Shown here: piece after piece, positions 48,406-62,294 of the stretch
Position numbering within the stretch: position 1 is the stretch's first letter
Layout: the number at the start of each line of letters is the position of its first letter
NCBI GenBank assembly: GCA_950097015.1
Contig: CATNEN010000038.1
Coordinates: 14,632,001 to 14,696,000, forward strand
Length of the DNA stretch: 64,000 nucleotides
Direction of reading: 5' to 3'
Origin: Macrostomum hystrix
Taxonomy: Eukaryota > Animalia > Platyhelminthes
The notes under the pieces: model-generated
What the model was told of the DNA's origin: nothing
What the model saw: the letters and a program-made list of their open reading frames with translations, nothing else
Database searches by the model: none
Position numbers and translations under genes: made by a program

Positions 48406-49369
48406 ATAATCGTTTTTTCTTTCCTCCAAATATCTTTTCTAACCTTTTTCATTGTCCATATCTGTCCATTATTTTTCAAGCAACCAAAAAGCACAACAGT
48501 AACATTGGCGCCGTTTTTTGTCGAACAGCCACTCCTAAAAAACCACACTGACTCATCAACTGACCCGAACGACCAGAATCGGGGCAAAGTGGTCATTTCT
48601 CATTCTCGAACATATCTATACATCTATCTATTCATCATCCCTAAATCCCGGACATCTTCCTAGGCGCCCTGCTATATGTTTCGCATCGTTTCTTTTTATT
48701 CTCAGATCCGAATGATCAGATTCAACCCCATTCAATTGGACAAAAACACTTGTCCTTCGTGTCAAAACACTGATTTGAAAATGCCGACCAGATACCAGAT
48801 ATAAAGCAGGGAGAATTATGCATTTTAACGAGATCCCAAACGGGATTTGAATTTCTGGCGCGGGAATGAATTCGCGATGAATTATTATTTTCGATTAATC
48901 CCAAAATTTGGAGATTGAGAAAGGAAAGGAGCTTAGAAAATACTATTTTATACCAATATAATATAATACTGCTTTCTATTCTATGAAAATTCGCGCTAAA
49001 AGCCAAGAAAGCGAGAGAAAAAGCCTAAAGAAATGAGAAACCAGTACAGACTTGATGTCAGTAAGCAAGTCGACTTCTTCGAAACACATTTAATTTATGA
49101 CCACGTGACGGCAAAAAAGTCAAGTAAAAGTGCACTGAAAGCCAACGTTTTGAGCTGTTCACACCGTTGCTTCTGGTACTACGAGTATGTAAAAAATAAG
49201 TACATTTTAGAATATCGAAAAGTGCTACGAGCTAAAAGATAGTGTATTTTATTATGCTTTTCTAACAAGTCTTTGCTACCTTGTTTAATAACTGAAGCTC
49301 GATTACTGATTGAGAATGGTAGCGAGAAGGTAGAGAGAAAAGTACACAGAAAGCTACGTACGAGGAAAA

Positions 49370-49850
49370 AATGGTATAGACAGAAAGGTAGATAAAAAAT
49401 TAGACATATATAGTAGAGAGAATGATAGATAGACAGGTAAAAGAGAATAGGGATAGAAAAATGGAAAGGATAGGAGACAAAAGGTAGAGATAATAGCAGA
49501 AAAAAGGTAGACGGACTGGTAGACAAAATGGAAGACGGACTGGTAGAAAACATGGTAGACAGAATGGAAGATAAAGGTAGACAGAATGGAAGATAAAGGT
49601 AGACAGATTGGAAGAGAAAAGGTAGACAGACTGGAAGACAAAAGGTAGACAGATTGGAAGAGAAAAGGTAGACAGACTGGTAGACAAAAGGTAAACAGAT
49701 TGGAAGAGAAAAGGTAGACAGATTGGAAGACAAAACGTTAGACAGAATGGAAGAGAAAAGGTAGATAGGCTGGTAGACAAAAGGTAGACAGATTGGTAGA
49801 TAAAAGGTAGACAGAATGGTAGACAAAAGTGTAGATATAATGGTAGACAC
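49370..49850. repeat. degenerate purine-rich minisatellite (AAAGGTAGACAGA[T/A]TGGAAGA)
   Basis: Visible degenerate units. Confidence 0.8.
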
Positions 49851-50439
49851 AAATGGCAAGAATGCACTTATTATTTAATTTGCAAAGCAACGAAAATTGT
49901 CAGCAGCTTTAAGTAGAGAAACAATCTAGTCTAACGTGTTCCCTCCGTAAGAAGGGAAGTGCTGTTCAGCTAGGGAAAGATTAAATTGGCTCCTCACGTG
50001 CCCCAGGGCGATGGGGGCGGGGATGGGACACGAGATGACGTCCATCATTTGGGAGTGGAGAGTTAATTAGGATGGGTTAGGCCCTTTAGGCGGAGGCTAA
50101 GAGGAAAATTGGCTTTTAGAGGAATCCCCTTTAGGCCAGCGGAGTCAGAATTATACTTTATTACATGATGAAGGATATCTGCATGCACACACATATAAGT
50201 GACTAGATGACTGCCCAGGTCGAGTGATGCGCGTCTGATCATGGAAGCCTTAACAAGCTGCCTAACTAGGATATAAAGCGAGAGGCCTTATAATAAAATA
50301 ACTAAACGAATGATAGGAAGAAGACAGAGGAGATGGACGAGAATTGCTGCGACAATTCGAGATAAAATTGGGGAGGGGGAGAATAGAAAAAATAACTTAG
50401 GCAGAGATATGGGTGAGATTAAAAGAAAGGGGTAGATAA

Positions 50440-50635
50440 AAGGGGAGGAATATAGATAGAAGGGGGTAGATAGAAGGGGGTAGATTGAAGGGGTAGATAG
50501 AAGGGGGTAGATAGAACGGGGTAGACATATGGGGTAGATAGAAACGCGTAGATAGAATGGGGTAGATAGAAGGCCATAGACAGAAGGGATATATAGAAGA
50601 GGTAGATAGAAACGGTAGAGAGAAGAGAAGTAGAC
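50440..50635. repeat. degenerate (GGGGTAGATAGAA)-type repeat
   Basis: Visible degenerate units. Confidence 0.7.
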
Positions 50636-51154
50636 TAATCAGGATATTAAAGCTAGGAGGTAATAAAATAGCTAGATAATAAGGTAGACAGAATTTATCC
50701 CAATGCAGGATAGATTCCTAACTAATTCAATTAATTGAATGTCGATTCTTGTCGAGAAACTTGTCAATAATAATTATTCATAAACTGATAACTCAGTCAG
50801 TCAAAGATTCTGAACCTGTCAATCTAAACAATGGACTAGAACGAAGGGGTTGGCATGGCACATCCTGGACGGGGGATTAAAAAAATATGGCACTCACATT
50901 CCTAGGACTTTGCTCCGAGATTTAGAAATCTGAGTTATGCCACTGATAGATTAAGGTACCTGCCTGACAGCCTGCCGGGTGTCTGCTTTCATTGAAAAAT
51001 CATGTTAACTTGGTTAAGAATATCAATTAAAACAGAATAATAACATAATTACTCGTAATAATTGACATCTTGTTAATAGTGCACTCAAAACAATTGTCAG
51101 TGTAGCCTATTGATGCATCATTACGAAACTGTTCTATCCTTTCATTGCTATGCT

Positions 51155-51865
51155 TTCCCTCTACCCCAATTGATTCTTCTACCCCTGTATCCTCTACCCC
51201 AATTTATTCTTCTACTCCTGTATCCTCAACCCCAACTGATTCTTCTACCCCTGTATCCTCTACCCCAATTGATTCTTCTACCCCTGTATCCTCTACCCCA
51301 ATTTATTCTTCTACTCCTGTATCCTCAACCCCAACTGATTCTTCTACCCCTGTATCCTCTACCCCAATTGATTCTTCTACCCCTGTATCCTCTACCCCAA
51401 TTGATTCTTCTACCCCTGTATCTTCTACCCCAATTGATTCTTCTACTCCTGTATCTTCTATCCCAATTGATTCTTCAACCCCTGTATCCTCAACCCCAAT
51501 TGATTCTTCTACCCCTGTATCTTCTACCTCAATTGATTCTTCTACCCCTGTATCTTCTACCTCAATTGATTCTTCTACCCCTGTATCCTCTACCTCAATT
51601 GATTCTTCTACCCCTGTATCTTCTACCTCAATTGATTCTTCTACCCCTGTATCTTCTACCTCAATTGATTCTTCTACCCCTGTATCCTCTACCCCAATTG
51701 ATTCTTCTACCCCTGTATCCTCTACCCCATTGATTCTTCTACCCCTGTATCCTCTACCCCAAAGAATTCTTCTACCCCTGTATCCTCTACCCCAAAGAAT
51801 TCTTCTACCCCTGTATCCTCTACCCCAAAGAATTCTTCTACCCCTGTATCCTCTACCCTCTGATT
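51155..51865. repeat. 33-bp minisatellite (TCTACCCCAATTGATTCTTCTACCCCTGTATCC)n
   Basis: Visible tandem unit. Confidence 0.93.
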
Positions 51866-52394
51866 CTTATAACCGTGCAAAATCTAGCCTTTGATTTCTC
51901 AGTGAAAGACAGATGGACAAAGACACGAAGAAGAAAAAGTTAAAATATTTAAAACACATCTAGAGCTTTCCTAAAAAACAAAATGAAAAATGAGCGACTG
52001 CACTTGAAGCAACCGTGATGACTCGCCTAGCAACTAGGTGTCAGTTCATTTGGCAGGTGGCGATCAGTGCAACACACAGGCATATATAAGTCTTTCAAGA
52101 GGTGAAACAAGTGCCTGGCAGCCTGTAGTGTTCCATTCACACAATCAGCTAAAACTAATAACTAAATAGTAGCAACCGGGCATAGCTACTCGTAACACGG
52201 GCCGACACACTTGATTTTTGAATGCGCCTGACAGGAATGAAAGAATTTGGAAGGCAAGAAAACAGTAGACTCGAGCGGAAGCGGGCAGTTTAAAATAATC
52301 CACACTTATAGGGTGGGAAACAGTTGACACATGGAGGTTAGAAGGTTAAATATAAAACATCGTTCAGACGGGCGGAAAAAATAAAGGCTGAGTG

Positions 52395-52765
52395 CGAAGA
52401 GAGGGAAGAGGAATAAGAGAGGGGAAAAATATTAAAATAGGGGAAGAGGAAGAAGGGAGAGGAAGAGGAAGAGAGGAGGGGAAGAGGAAGCATGGAGGTA
52501 AAGAAGAAGCAGGGACGGGAAGAGGAAGAGAGGAGGGGAAGAGGAAGCATGGAGGTAAAGAAGAAGCAGGGACGGGAAGAGGAAGAGAGGAGGGGAAGAG
52601 AAAAAGAGGAGTGGAAGAGAAAGCAGGGAGTCGAAGAGAAAGCAGGGAGGGGAAGAGGAAGCAGGGAGGGGAAGAGGAAGAGAGGAGGGGAAGAGGAAGA
52701 GAGGAGGGGAAGAGGAAGAGAGGAGGGGAAGAGGAAGAGAGGAGGGAAAGAGGAAGAATAGAGGA
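52395..52765. repeat. polypurine degenerate repeat (GAGGAAGAGAGGAGGGGAA)
   Basis: Nearly A/G-only tract. Confidence 0.8.
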
Positions 52766-53269
52766 AATCGGATTAAGTGACAGAGCCAGGAGACAGAATA
52801 AAACGGCAAGATGCGCAATATGAAACAAGCCGCGGTCGAGACTTGGGCCCCCCATAGAGTCAAGCAAGGTAGACCTGCGGTCAGCCCATAAAATTCCATT
52901 TTTTGCTGAACACAGCGGCCTGAAACTCTTTTCATTTCTCAGGCGGTGGTCTTTTGAAATCGCGGAAAAAAACGCTTTCATTGTTTTAGTTTTAAGCTAC
53001 CCGGGGGGTCGGGTTAGTGCGTAAACACAGACCTAGCAGTCAGTTGTAGCTGTGCCAAAGCGAACACGAGGGACCACTTTGCATTTAATCAACCATCCCG
53101 CCAGATTCTCTTGAGTCACGCTGTTTTTCTGTCTTAAGAATTGAAATATTGTTGCGAAAATAGCTAGTCTAGTCCTCCAGAGAGTATTGCCTTAAGATAG
53201 TTGCACGATATAGAAAAAAACAAAGTCAAAAAATAAGAAAAACAGGGGAAAACAGATGGGGAAAAGAAA

Positions 53270-53660
53270 CAGCGAAGAAGGGGAAGAGAGATGAGGAAGA
53301 AAGGGAAGAGAGATGAGGAAGAAAGGGAAGAGAGATGAAGAGGAAGGGGAACGGAGATGAGGAAGAAAGGGAAGAGAGATGAGGAAGAAGGGGAAGAGAG
53401 ATAGGGAGGAAGGTGAACGGAGATAAGGAAGAAGGGGAAGAAAGATGAGGAAGAAGGGGAAGAGAGATGAGGAAGAAGGGGAAGAGAGATGGGGAGGAAG
53501 GGGAACGGAGATGAGGAAGAAGGGGAAGAGAGATGAGGAAGAAGGGGAAGAGAGATGAGGAAGAAGGGGAAGAAAGATGAGGAAGAAAGGGAAGAGAGAT
53601 GAGGAAGAAGGGGAAGAGAGATGGGGCAGAAGGGGAAGAATGTAGGGGAGATATGGGAAG
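53270..53660. repeat. ~22-bp polypurine minisatellite (GAGATGAGGAAGAAGGGGAAGA)
   Basis: Visible tandem unit. Confidence 0.85.
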
Positions 53661-54609
53661 GAGGACACAGATAAGCCGAAGACAATAAGGTACAGAGCAG
53701 ATTAGCAAGAAGCATTTCAAAAAGCGGAAGTTTAGGCAGCAGCAGCAGCAGCAGCAGCAGCATCTGTTAGTAGAAACAAAAACAATAGTTAAAAAACTGG
53801 CTTTCCATTCTAAACCAAATAAAAGCTTTTTTCTTCAATAAAGAACACAAAAAATGTAAAGTAACTTCCCCAGTGCCGACAAAAATTATGCGGATGGACA
53901 GACGGACAGGCATCCGTCAGAGCCACGCTGATTTTGTAGCAAGTCAGGCATTCGGGTTGAAGGGGTTAGCAAATGCACAGTTGACCTACAGCTCCGTGTC
54001 TGACCCGACACAGTTTAAGAAAACCCTGCAGCCTCGCCACAGAAACATTATTTTTCAGCTAGTAAAGACTAAATACTGCAGTTGAAAACACTAGACAGAA
54101 GATTATGACCGAGGAAAAGACAGTCAAGTTCAGATAAAACCGACTGCAAAAAGCGATGCTAAAAAAAGTAAAAAGAAAAAAGAAAGAAGCGAATTGACCC
54201 GATTGCGTAACAGAAAAATATAACCGACTTAGCGACTCGCTGACTGCATTCGATGCATTGGAAAATCAAGAGGACTTTAGATCCTCATTTCAAATGGATT
54301 CAGGAACAAACCCTGACTACCCCTATGGCTGATTGGGTAATCTATTTTGTTGCTATCTAACTAAAGCCGACTAATTCTAGGAAATGTCTCTCCATTTTAA
54401 GTGCTCAATTTTTTTTCGGCTCGCTTTCTGTCTCCAAACCATCTCTCTCTCTCTTTTAATTGCCTAGCGACCGTTGCCTAGTTGACACTAAAAATTTGAG
54501 CTAAAAACATGTATTTAACGCACGAAGCTTTAGTCAGATGTTTTCGTCTTGCCGGACAATTATAACTCTGACAGGGCACATGATAAGGGAGAGAAAAGAA
54601 TAAGGGGGG

Positions 54610-55075
54610 TAGATAGAGGATCAGGGAGGAAGGTTCAGGATCTGGGAAAAGGGGAGAGAATCTGGTAGGAGGGTAGAGGTTCTGGGAGGAGGGGAGAGGA
54701 TCAGGGAGGAGGGTAGAGGATCGGGGAGAAGGGGAGAGGATCAGGGAGGAGGGTAGATGATCTGGGAGGAGGGTAGAGGATCTGGGAGGAGGGAGAGGAT
54801 CTGGGAGGAGGGTAGAGGATCTGGGAGGAGGGTAGAGGATCTGGGAGGAGGGGAGAGGATCTGGGAGGAGGGGAGAGGATCAGGGAGGAGGGCAGAGGAT
54901 CTGGGAGGAGGGTAGAGGATCTGGGAGGAGGGTAGAGGATCTGGGAGGAGGGGAGAGGATCAGGGAGGAGGGGAGAGGATCTGGGAGGAGGGTAGAGGAT
55001 CTGGGAGGAGGGTAGAGGATCTGGGAGGAGGGGAGAGGATCAGGGAGGATGGGAGAGGATCTGGGAGGAGGATCA
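54610..55075. repeat. 20-bp minisatellite (GAGGATCTGGGAGGAGGGTA)n
   Basis: Visible tandem unit; related array at 60040-60500. Confidence 0.9.
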
Positions 55076-55689
55076 GCAAATTTTTAGAGGGATCTTGGTT
55101 GATGGGATCTTTGGGTTGGATAGCTGTCCAATTTAAGGATGTGGGAGTGATCCTTGGCAGCAGTGAGGATAATTTGTTGGAGGCTGACAAACCTCATGGC
55201 GGAAAACAATCTTCAGCATACGATTGCTTGGATGAAGCAGGTAATTTGATCCAGCTTGCCAATGAAAAAAACATGCCAATGAAAAAAGGCAAAATTATAA
55301 ACTCTATTTGGCACAGATGGGAGCGGCGCGCCATTGCACAGGGGTGGGTCAGGGGAAAACACGGCAAGAGAGCAATAGAGGAACAGTTGCTGACAGGCAG
55401 TCCTGACTCCAGACAGCGTGTGCGCTGGAATTTCTAATTGCGAACTGATTTGGCGGTGTGGGGGGGTGGCTGCGCTAGTAGATCAGATAGGAAAAATGGC
55501 TGCGATTTTTTTACCTAGGGAAGAAAGTTCACTAGATTCTGGACGGCAATGTCCCAGTTGGCGGGAATCGGAAAAGTTTTAGGCATTATGCTTGGGAGCT
55601 AAAGATGGGATAATGTCTCAATGAGGAAAGCAAGGGAATTGAAATCTAAGATTTGGAGGGAAGGAGACGGAGAGAAGTATTATAGAGGA

Positions 55690-55910
55690 TAGACGTAGGA
55701 GAAGAGAGGATAGAGAGAAGAGAGAAGAGGATAGAGATAGAACAGTGGAAATAGGAGAGATAGAACAGTGGAAATAGGAGAGATAGAACAGTGGAAATAG
55801 GAGAGATAGAAAAGGGGAAATAGGAGAAATGGAACAGAATAGAGATGACCGATAAAACGGAATAGAGAGGAGAGATATAACAAAATAGAGAGGAGAGATA
55901 GAACAGGGTA
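55690..55910. repeat. degenerate purine-rich repeat (GAGATAGAACAGTGGAAATAGGA)
   Basis: Three near-exact units plus degenerate flanks. Confidence 0.65.
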
Positions 55911-56499
55911 AAATTGTTTTATTAGAATGTAAAACACAGAAAAGAATAGATGACAAAGTAGGATATACCTGAAATCTGTGACTGCTCAAACAGACCCAGC
56001 ATGGTTCGCCCAGGTCATTGTGGATCAGATAAAGTCAGATTATAGAAACCAGATTACGGTATTTGAGAGGCTCAATGACATTAATGCCCTTTGCAACACA
56101 GGGGGGCAACGATTTAACCGGTAGAATCTCGAGTGACTCACGAATTTTTTTTCCAAAGCCTAAAAACAGAATGGCGCGTTAGAAATAGGGGCGATGATTT
56201 TTTATAAAAATGAATAAATGGCTTTTAAAATAGGCAATTTTTGTTTAAAACACATCGGGGAGAAAACCAGTGAGAGAAGATTTGTCACGAACTGGCATTT
56301 TGCAAGGAAACGTACTAACCTACAACTGGGTAGAAAAAAATGGATTGGACTTTATAGACTATTAATGATCAAATTTAATTGTTGCGCGTTGTTATTGGTT
56401 TTATATAGGGACTAAAGTGACGATTAGCTTGTGATGGTCAGAAAAATATGAAATTAATTAACAATTTATTAGATTAGTAGAATTTTTTAAAGCCTAACT

Positions 56500-57805
56500 G
56501 GTTGATAGGCTTGAAGGATTGATTGGATTAATGGATTGGCTTGAAGGATTGATTGGATTAATGGATTGGCTTGAAGGATTGATTGGATTAATGGATAGGC
56601 TTGAAGGATTGATTTGATTAATAGATAGGCTTGAAGGATTGATTGGATTAATGGATTGGCTTGAAGGATTGATTGGATTGATTGATAGGCTTGAAGAATT
56701 GATTGGATTAATGGATTGGCTTGAAGGATTGATTGGATTGATTGATAGGCTTGAAGGATTGATTGGATTAATGGATTGGCTTGAAGGATTGATTGGATTA
56801 ATGGATTGGCTTGAAGGATTGATTGGATTAATGGATAGGCTTGAAGGATTGATTGGATTGATTGATAGGCTTGAAGGATTGATTGGATTAATGGATAGGC
56901 TTGAAGGATTGATTGGATTGATTGATAGGCTTGAAGGATTGATTGGATTAATGGATTGGCTTGAAGGATTGATTGGATTAATGGATTGGCTTGAAGGATT
57001 GATTGGATTAATGGATAGGCTTGAAGGATTGATTGGATTGATTGATAGGCTTGAAGGATTGATTGGATTAATGGATAGGCTTGAAGGATTGATTGGATTG
57101 ATTGATAGGCTTGAAGGATTGATTGGATTAATGGATTGGCTTGAAGGATTGATTGGATTAATGGATAGGCTTGAAGGATTGATTGGATTAATGGATAGGC
57201 TTGAAGGATTGATTGGATTGATTGATAGGCTTGAAGGATTGATTGGATTAATGGATTGGCTTGAAGGATTGATTGGATTAATGGATAGGCTTGAAGGATT
57301 GATTGGATTGATTGATAGGCTTGAAGGATTGATTGGATTGATTGATAGGCTTGAAGGATTGATTGGATTAATGGATTGGCTTGAAGGATTGATTGGATTA
57401 ATGGATTGGCTTGAAGGATTGATTGGATTAATGGATAGGCTTGAAGGATTGATTTGATTAATAGATAGGCTTGAAGGATTGATTGGATTAATGGATTGGC
57501 TTGAAGGATTGATTGGATTAATGGATAGGCTTGAAGGATTGATTGGATTAATGGATAGGCTTGAAGTATTGATTGGATTAATGGATTGGCTTGAAGGATT
57601 GATTTGATTGATTGATAAGCTTGAAGGATTGATTGGATTGATTGATAGGCTTGAAGGATTGATTGGATTAATGGATTGGCTTGAAGGATTGATTGGATTA
57701 ATGGATAGGCTTGAAGGATTGATTGGATTAATGGATTGGCTTGAAGGATTGATTTGATTGATTGATAAGCTTGAAGGATTGATTGGATTGATTGATAGGT
57801 TTGAA
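56500..57805. repeat. 30-bp minisatellite (TTGAAGGATTGATTGGATTAATGGAT[T/A]GGC)n, ~43 copies
   Basis: Exact 30-nt register in the 60-nt lines. Confidence 0.97.
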
Positions 57806-58334
57806 TGTGTGATTAGAATAAACGATTGTTTAAAATATTGACTGTGTTGATGCATAGGTCTGCAAGAGTAATTTGGCTTGATGAATGAATAGGAAAATCA
57901 GCTATCTTTGAGTATCTTTGAGTTTGATCTTAAAGTCTGATCTCTAGACACTACTAAGACAGTCCGAAACACAGCGACAGAACACCTTTGCAGATAATTG
58001 CATGTCTGTCCCAAGTCAGCTTACCTATCAAGTAAAACTTAAAAGCAAATTTGCTTCGAGATCCGACACATAGAAACAACAGCACAACTTTAGATAACGA
58101 AATAGGCAAATTACGATTTAGGTGCTAAACTCGGCTAAACACATAGGAAAGACAAGACGCAACTAGACAGGGCAAAAAATTCTTAGCGATTAAATGGCAC
58201 AACTTTGCTATCGTCTGTCAATTGTGACTGTCTCGGTTTTTATGGAACTAAAATTTCTAACTAATCAAAATTTTGAGACCAATGCACGAAACGTAATTGA
58301 CAGTAGTAAATTGACGACAGTGTAAGAAGAAATC

Positions 58335-59400
58335 TGTTCTCTGCTGTCTTCTTTTCCCATTCCATGCTGTGTTGTCCTCTCCCCCTCCTGTCTTCCACTC
58401 CCCTCTGCTGTCTTCCTCCCCCCTCTGCTGTCTTCCTCTCCCCTCTGCTGTCTTCCACTCCCCTCTGCTGTCTTCCTCTCCCCTCTGCTGTCTTCCTCTC
58501 CCCTCTGCTGTCTTCCTCTCCCATCTGCTGTCTTCCTCTCCCCTCTGCTGTCTTCCACTACCCTCTGCTGTCTTCCACTCCCCTCTGTTGTCTTCCTCCC
58601 CTCTCTGCTGTCTTCCTCTCCCCTCTGCTGTCTTCCACTCCCCTCTGTTGTCTTCCACTCCCCTCTGCTGTCTTCCACTCCCCTCTGTTGTCTTCCACTC
58701 CCCTCTGCTGTCTTCCTCTCCCATCTGTTGTCTTCCTCCCCTCTCTGCTGTCTTCCTCTCCCCTCTGCTGTCTTCCTCTCCCCTCTGCTGTCTTCCACTC
58801 CCCTCTGTTGTCTTCCACTCCCCTCTGCTGTCTTCCTCTCCCCTCTGCTGTCTTCCTCTCCCCTCTGTTGTCTTCCACTCCCCTCTGCTGTCTTCCACTC
58901 CCCTCTGTTGTCTTCCACTCCCCTCTGCTGTCTTCCTCTCCCATCTGTTGTCTTCCTCCCCTCTCTGCTGTCTTCCTCTCCCCTCTGCTGTCTTCCTCTC
59001 CCCTCTGCTGTCTTCCTCTCCCCTCTGCTGTCTTCCTCTCCCCTCTGCTGTCTTCCTCTCCCCTCTGCTGTCTTCCTCTCCCCTCTGCTGTCTTCCTCTC
59101 CCCTCTGCTGTCTTCCTCTTCCCTCTGCTGTCTTCCTCTCCTCTCTGCTGTCTTCCTCTCCCCTCTGCTGTCTTTCTCTCCCCTCTGCTGTCTTCCTCTC
59201 CCTCTGCTGTCTTCCTCTCCCCTCTGCTGTCTTCCTCCCCTCTCTGCTGTCTTCCTCTCCCATCTGTTGTCTTCCTCCCCTCTCTGCTGTCTTCCTCTCC
59301 CCTCTGCTGTCTTCCTCTCCCCTCTGCTGTCTTCCTCTCCCCTCTGCTGTCTTCCACTCCCCTCTGCTGTCTTCCACTCCCCTCTCTGCTGTCTTCTTTG
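58335..59400. repeat. 20-bp minisatellite (CCCTCTGCTGTCTTCCTCTC)n, ~52 copies
   Basis: Exact 20-nt register. Confidence 0.97.
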
Positions 59401-60039
59401 TTGTGACTTACTCTCTTCCTCTTCTGTCTACCTCTCTCCTTTCTCTGCCTAATAGTTTGTCTAGTCGTGCTCCGATTTTCATTACCCCACTCTAGCGTTG
59501 CAGTTTAACTGACTTAACGAGGCATAAAACTAGGTTCAGAAAAAAACGATAGCCCTAACAAGTGAAGCGGAAATTTCAAGTCTTGTTGCTATCCCAAAAT
59601 GACTACAAACTTTTAAAAAAACAATTAAATTAATGGTTAAAAGAGTATTACATCCAACTGAACAAGCTACTTTTGAAGGCACGAAGCTATTCTAGTATTG
59701 ATTTACCTTGCCATTACTCCAATTACCATTATCATTCAACTTTACTTTAGCCGCAAACAGAGCAAAAGCATAAGAGAAAACCAGTCTTTTAGCAACAAAG
59801 CATTAGTAATAGTAGTAATTCTCTTTCATCAAGCTGCTCGCGTTGGAAACAGCAAAAAGAAAGGTAGAGACGGCTAACCTGTAATTAAACGAGCTAGTCT
59901 AATTAGACGCAAGTACAATGATTTGCTCTTCAAAGAAGAAAAGCTGGTAACAGAAGACTAATTTAGTCAAATTGAAGACTGTTCAACCGTGCAACTATAG
60001 GAATGACAGTTCCAGTTAGCACGTTGAGTGATTGCAAAG

Positions 60040-60500
60040 GATCTGAGGACAGAGGATCTGAAAGGGTAGATCTGGGAAGAGGGTAGAGGATCTGGGAGGG
60101 TAGAGGATCTGGGAGGGTAGAGGATCTGGGAGGGTAGAGGATCTGGGAAGAGGGTAGAGGATCTGGGAGGGTAGAGGATCTGGGAAGAGGGTAGAGGATC
60201 TGGGAGGGTAGAGGATCGGGGAGGGTAGAAGATTTGGGAGAGTAGAGGATCTGGGAGGGTAGAGGATCTGGGAAGAGGGTAGAGGATCTGGGAGGGTAGA
60301 AGATCTGGGAGGTTAGAGGATCGGGGAGGGTAGAAGATCTGGGAGGGTAGAGGATCTGGGAGGGTAGAAGATCTGGGAGGTTAGAGGATCGGGGAGGGTA
60401 GAAGATCTGGGAGAGTAGAGGATCTGGGAGGGTAGAGGATCGGGGAGGGTAGAGGATCTGGGAGGGCAGAGGATCTGGGACGGTAAAAGATCTGGGATTA
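60040..60500. repeat. 17/20-bp minisatellite (GAGGATCTGGGAGGGTA)n
   Basis: Visible tandem unit related to 54610-55075. Confidence 0.9.
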
Positions 60501-61221
60501 ATAAGATCCTCACACTGGTGATCACTTACACTCGTAGCAATATAAGAATGGGGCGCCATACTCATAATGCTACGAGTATTCATAATCTGAGTTGATAAGT
60601 TACAATTTCTTACATCGAATACTTGCTTGAGTGAGTAGGAAATTTACTGATGAGATGAGTACAGCAATAAAAAGTAATGCAGGTAATTAATCTGGGCTGG
60701 CAAACGAGAAAAAGAGAGACAGAAGGAGATGCAATGGGAATGTTGCAATGCAAATAGGCACACACACACACTCACAGAGCCAACAAGACCAACATCCTTT
60801 CATGTTATTCCAGGAAACACACTCAGACACAAGCGGAAAGAATCGATACACGAATACGAAATTTTTTTAGTTAAGTCGGCTATTTTAATTACCTGTTTTC
60901 ATTATGCAACAAAGGTTAATAAAAATAAAATAGAAACATGCTGCAGGTATCCATTTTTCATTCGATGAGTAACTCTCTTGTGTGTCTCCTAAATGTCTTT
61001 AGAAATTTAAGCTTTGAGACACCGGTTATTTGAGACTGATGAGAGGAAATAAAATTCAAATTAAAAATCGGAATTGCTATTTTTTAATAGAAACTGGAAA
61101 GATTTAATTTTTCTAAAAAACGAAAAGAAAATTTGAGACCCCAATGATGGAGATTGAGGATTAGAGGTTGATTGATAGGTGGATTATTGGGTAGAGTCAA
61201 AGGTAGAGTATGGGGTAGACT

Positions 61222-61545
61222 GGGGGTCAGTGGCAGTGCGGTCTAACGCGTTTGCCTCTCGCACCCTAAGCTCGATTCCGCGGCGAGGCCACATCCATTT
61301 AAGGCTTGTCGCGCAATTTACGCAATTGAGGGCCAACCTCCAAGGCACAGTGTTAGCGTACACTGCCTGACGATGAGAAAGTCAGGGCAGATGTACACAC
61401 CTGTGTGAGCGTGTGCTTGAGTACAGTATCTGTGTGCGTGTGTGCTCATGAGTCAGCGGAAATGTGCGAAATTGCCTTCTACGAGTCTGGCTGCAGGTCT
61501 AGCGTTACAAAATGATGTGCCATTACCTGCAATCATTATTATTAC
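61222..61545 (+). mobile_element. SINE family A, near full-length
   Basis: GGGGTCAGTGGCAGTGCGG A-box, AGCTCGATTCC B-box, shared body, ATT/ACT tail. Confidence 0.88.
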
Positions 61546-62294
61546 TACTACTGTGGGGTAGAGTGAGAGGTAGAGTATTTAGTAGGGTATGATGCAGATT
61601 GTGAGCTAGAGTATTACTGTTAAAGGCTATTACTGTACAAGCAAATAGGCAGAGAGAAATCTGCAGCTAGTGAGCAGTGGGCAGTGAGCACACATGGCAG
61701 GCAGTCTGGCAGCAAGCCTAGGCTATCCTAGAGCAGTTGAGCAGAAGCAATCAAAATGAAGGAATAATGAGATCGACAGCAGAACCCTCGGCAACTGAGA
61801 TTTCCTCACCCGAAGCATCTACTCAAAGCGAGCACCAGCTGAAGCATTCTGATTATCCAACTGGCCAGCAAATTTATAAAGATATTTCTACAAAAAAGGG
61901 AATAGGAAAAGCGAAATTGCTTGTCGCACTTCAGTGTCCGAGCGGGTTGACACTGAATAATGGCAAGCATGCAGCTGGGCAGGCCTATGATAGGAGCTTA
62001 CACCCGAGTCCGTGACTAAAACCCATTCGTTGGCTGGTCAAGAGTTTTATAGTTGCTATGGCCATGATCTCAAAGCATACTCGCGTGACACAAACGACAA
62101 TCTTATTCCGATTTCCCCAACACGCAGCCCATCATACTAGTCTAGTCGGATCTCTCATCACACATACTTTTATCCCTATGCTCGATTCTCCCATCGTCAA
62201 TTGGTTTGTACAGTAGCGCTGTCATGAATTACATTCTAGAATATGGATCGGGAAACTCCGGCTTGCGAGAAGATATGGCTCGCCTCAACCAACT

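Noticed and set aside
51110-51894. Mucin-like (STPIDSSTPVS)n protein
   Set aside because: No convincing splice sites or start, frameshifting unit variants near 51728, and it looks like the neighbouring non-coding minisatellites
56494-59495. Long repeat ORFs (SINPINPS, GRGRQQRGEEDS, PLCCLPLPS)
   Set aside because: Minisatellite translations with no unique coding flanks
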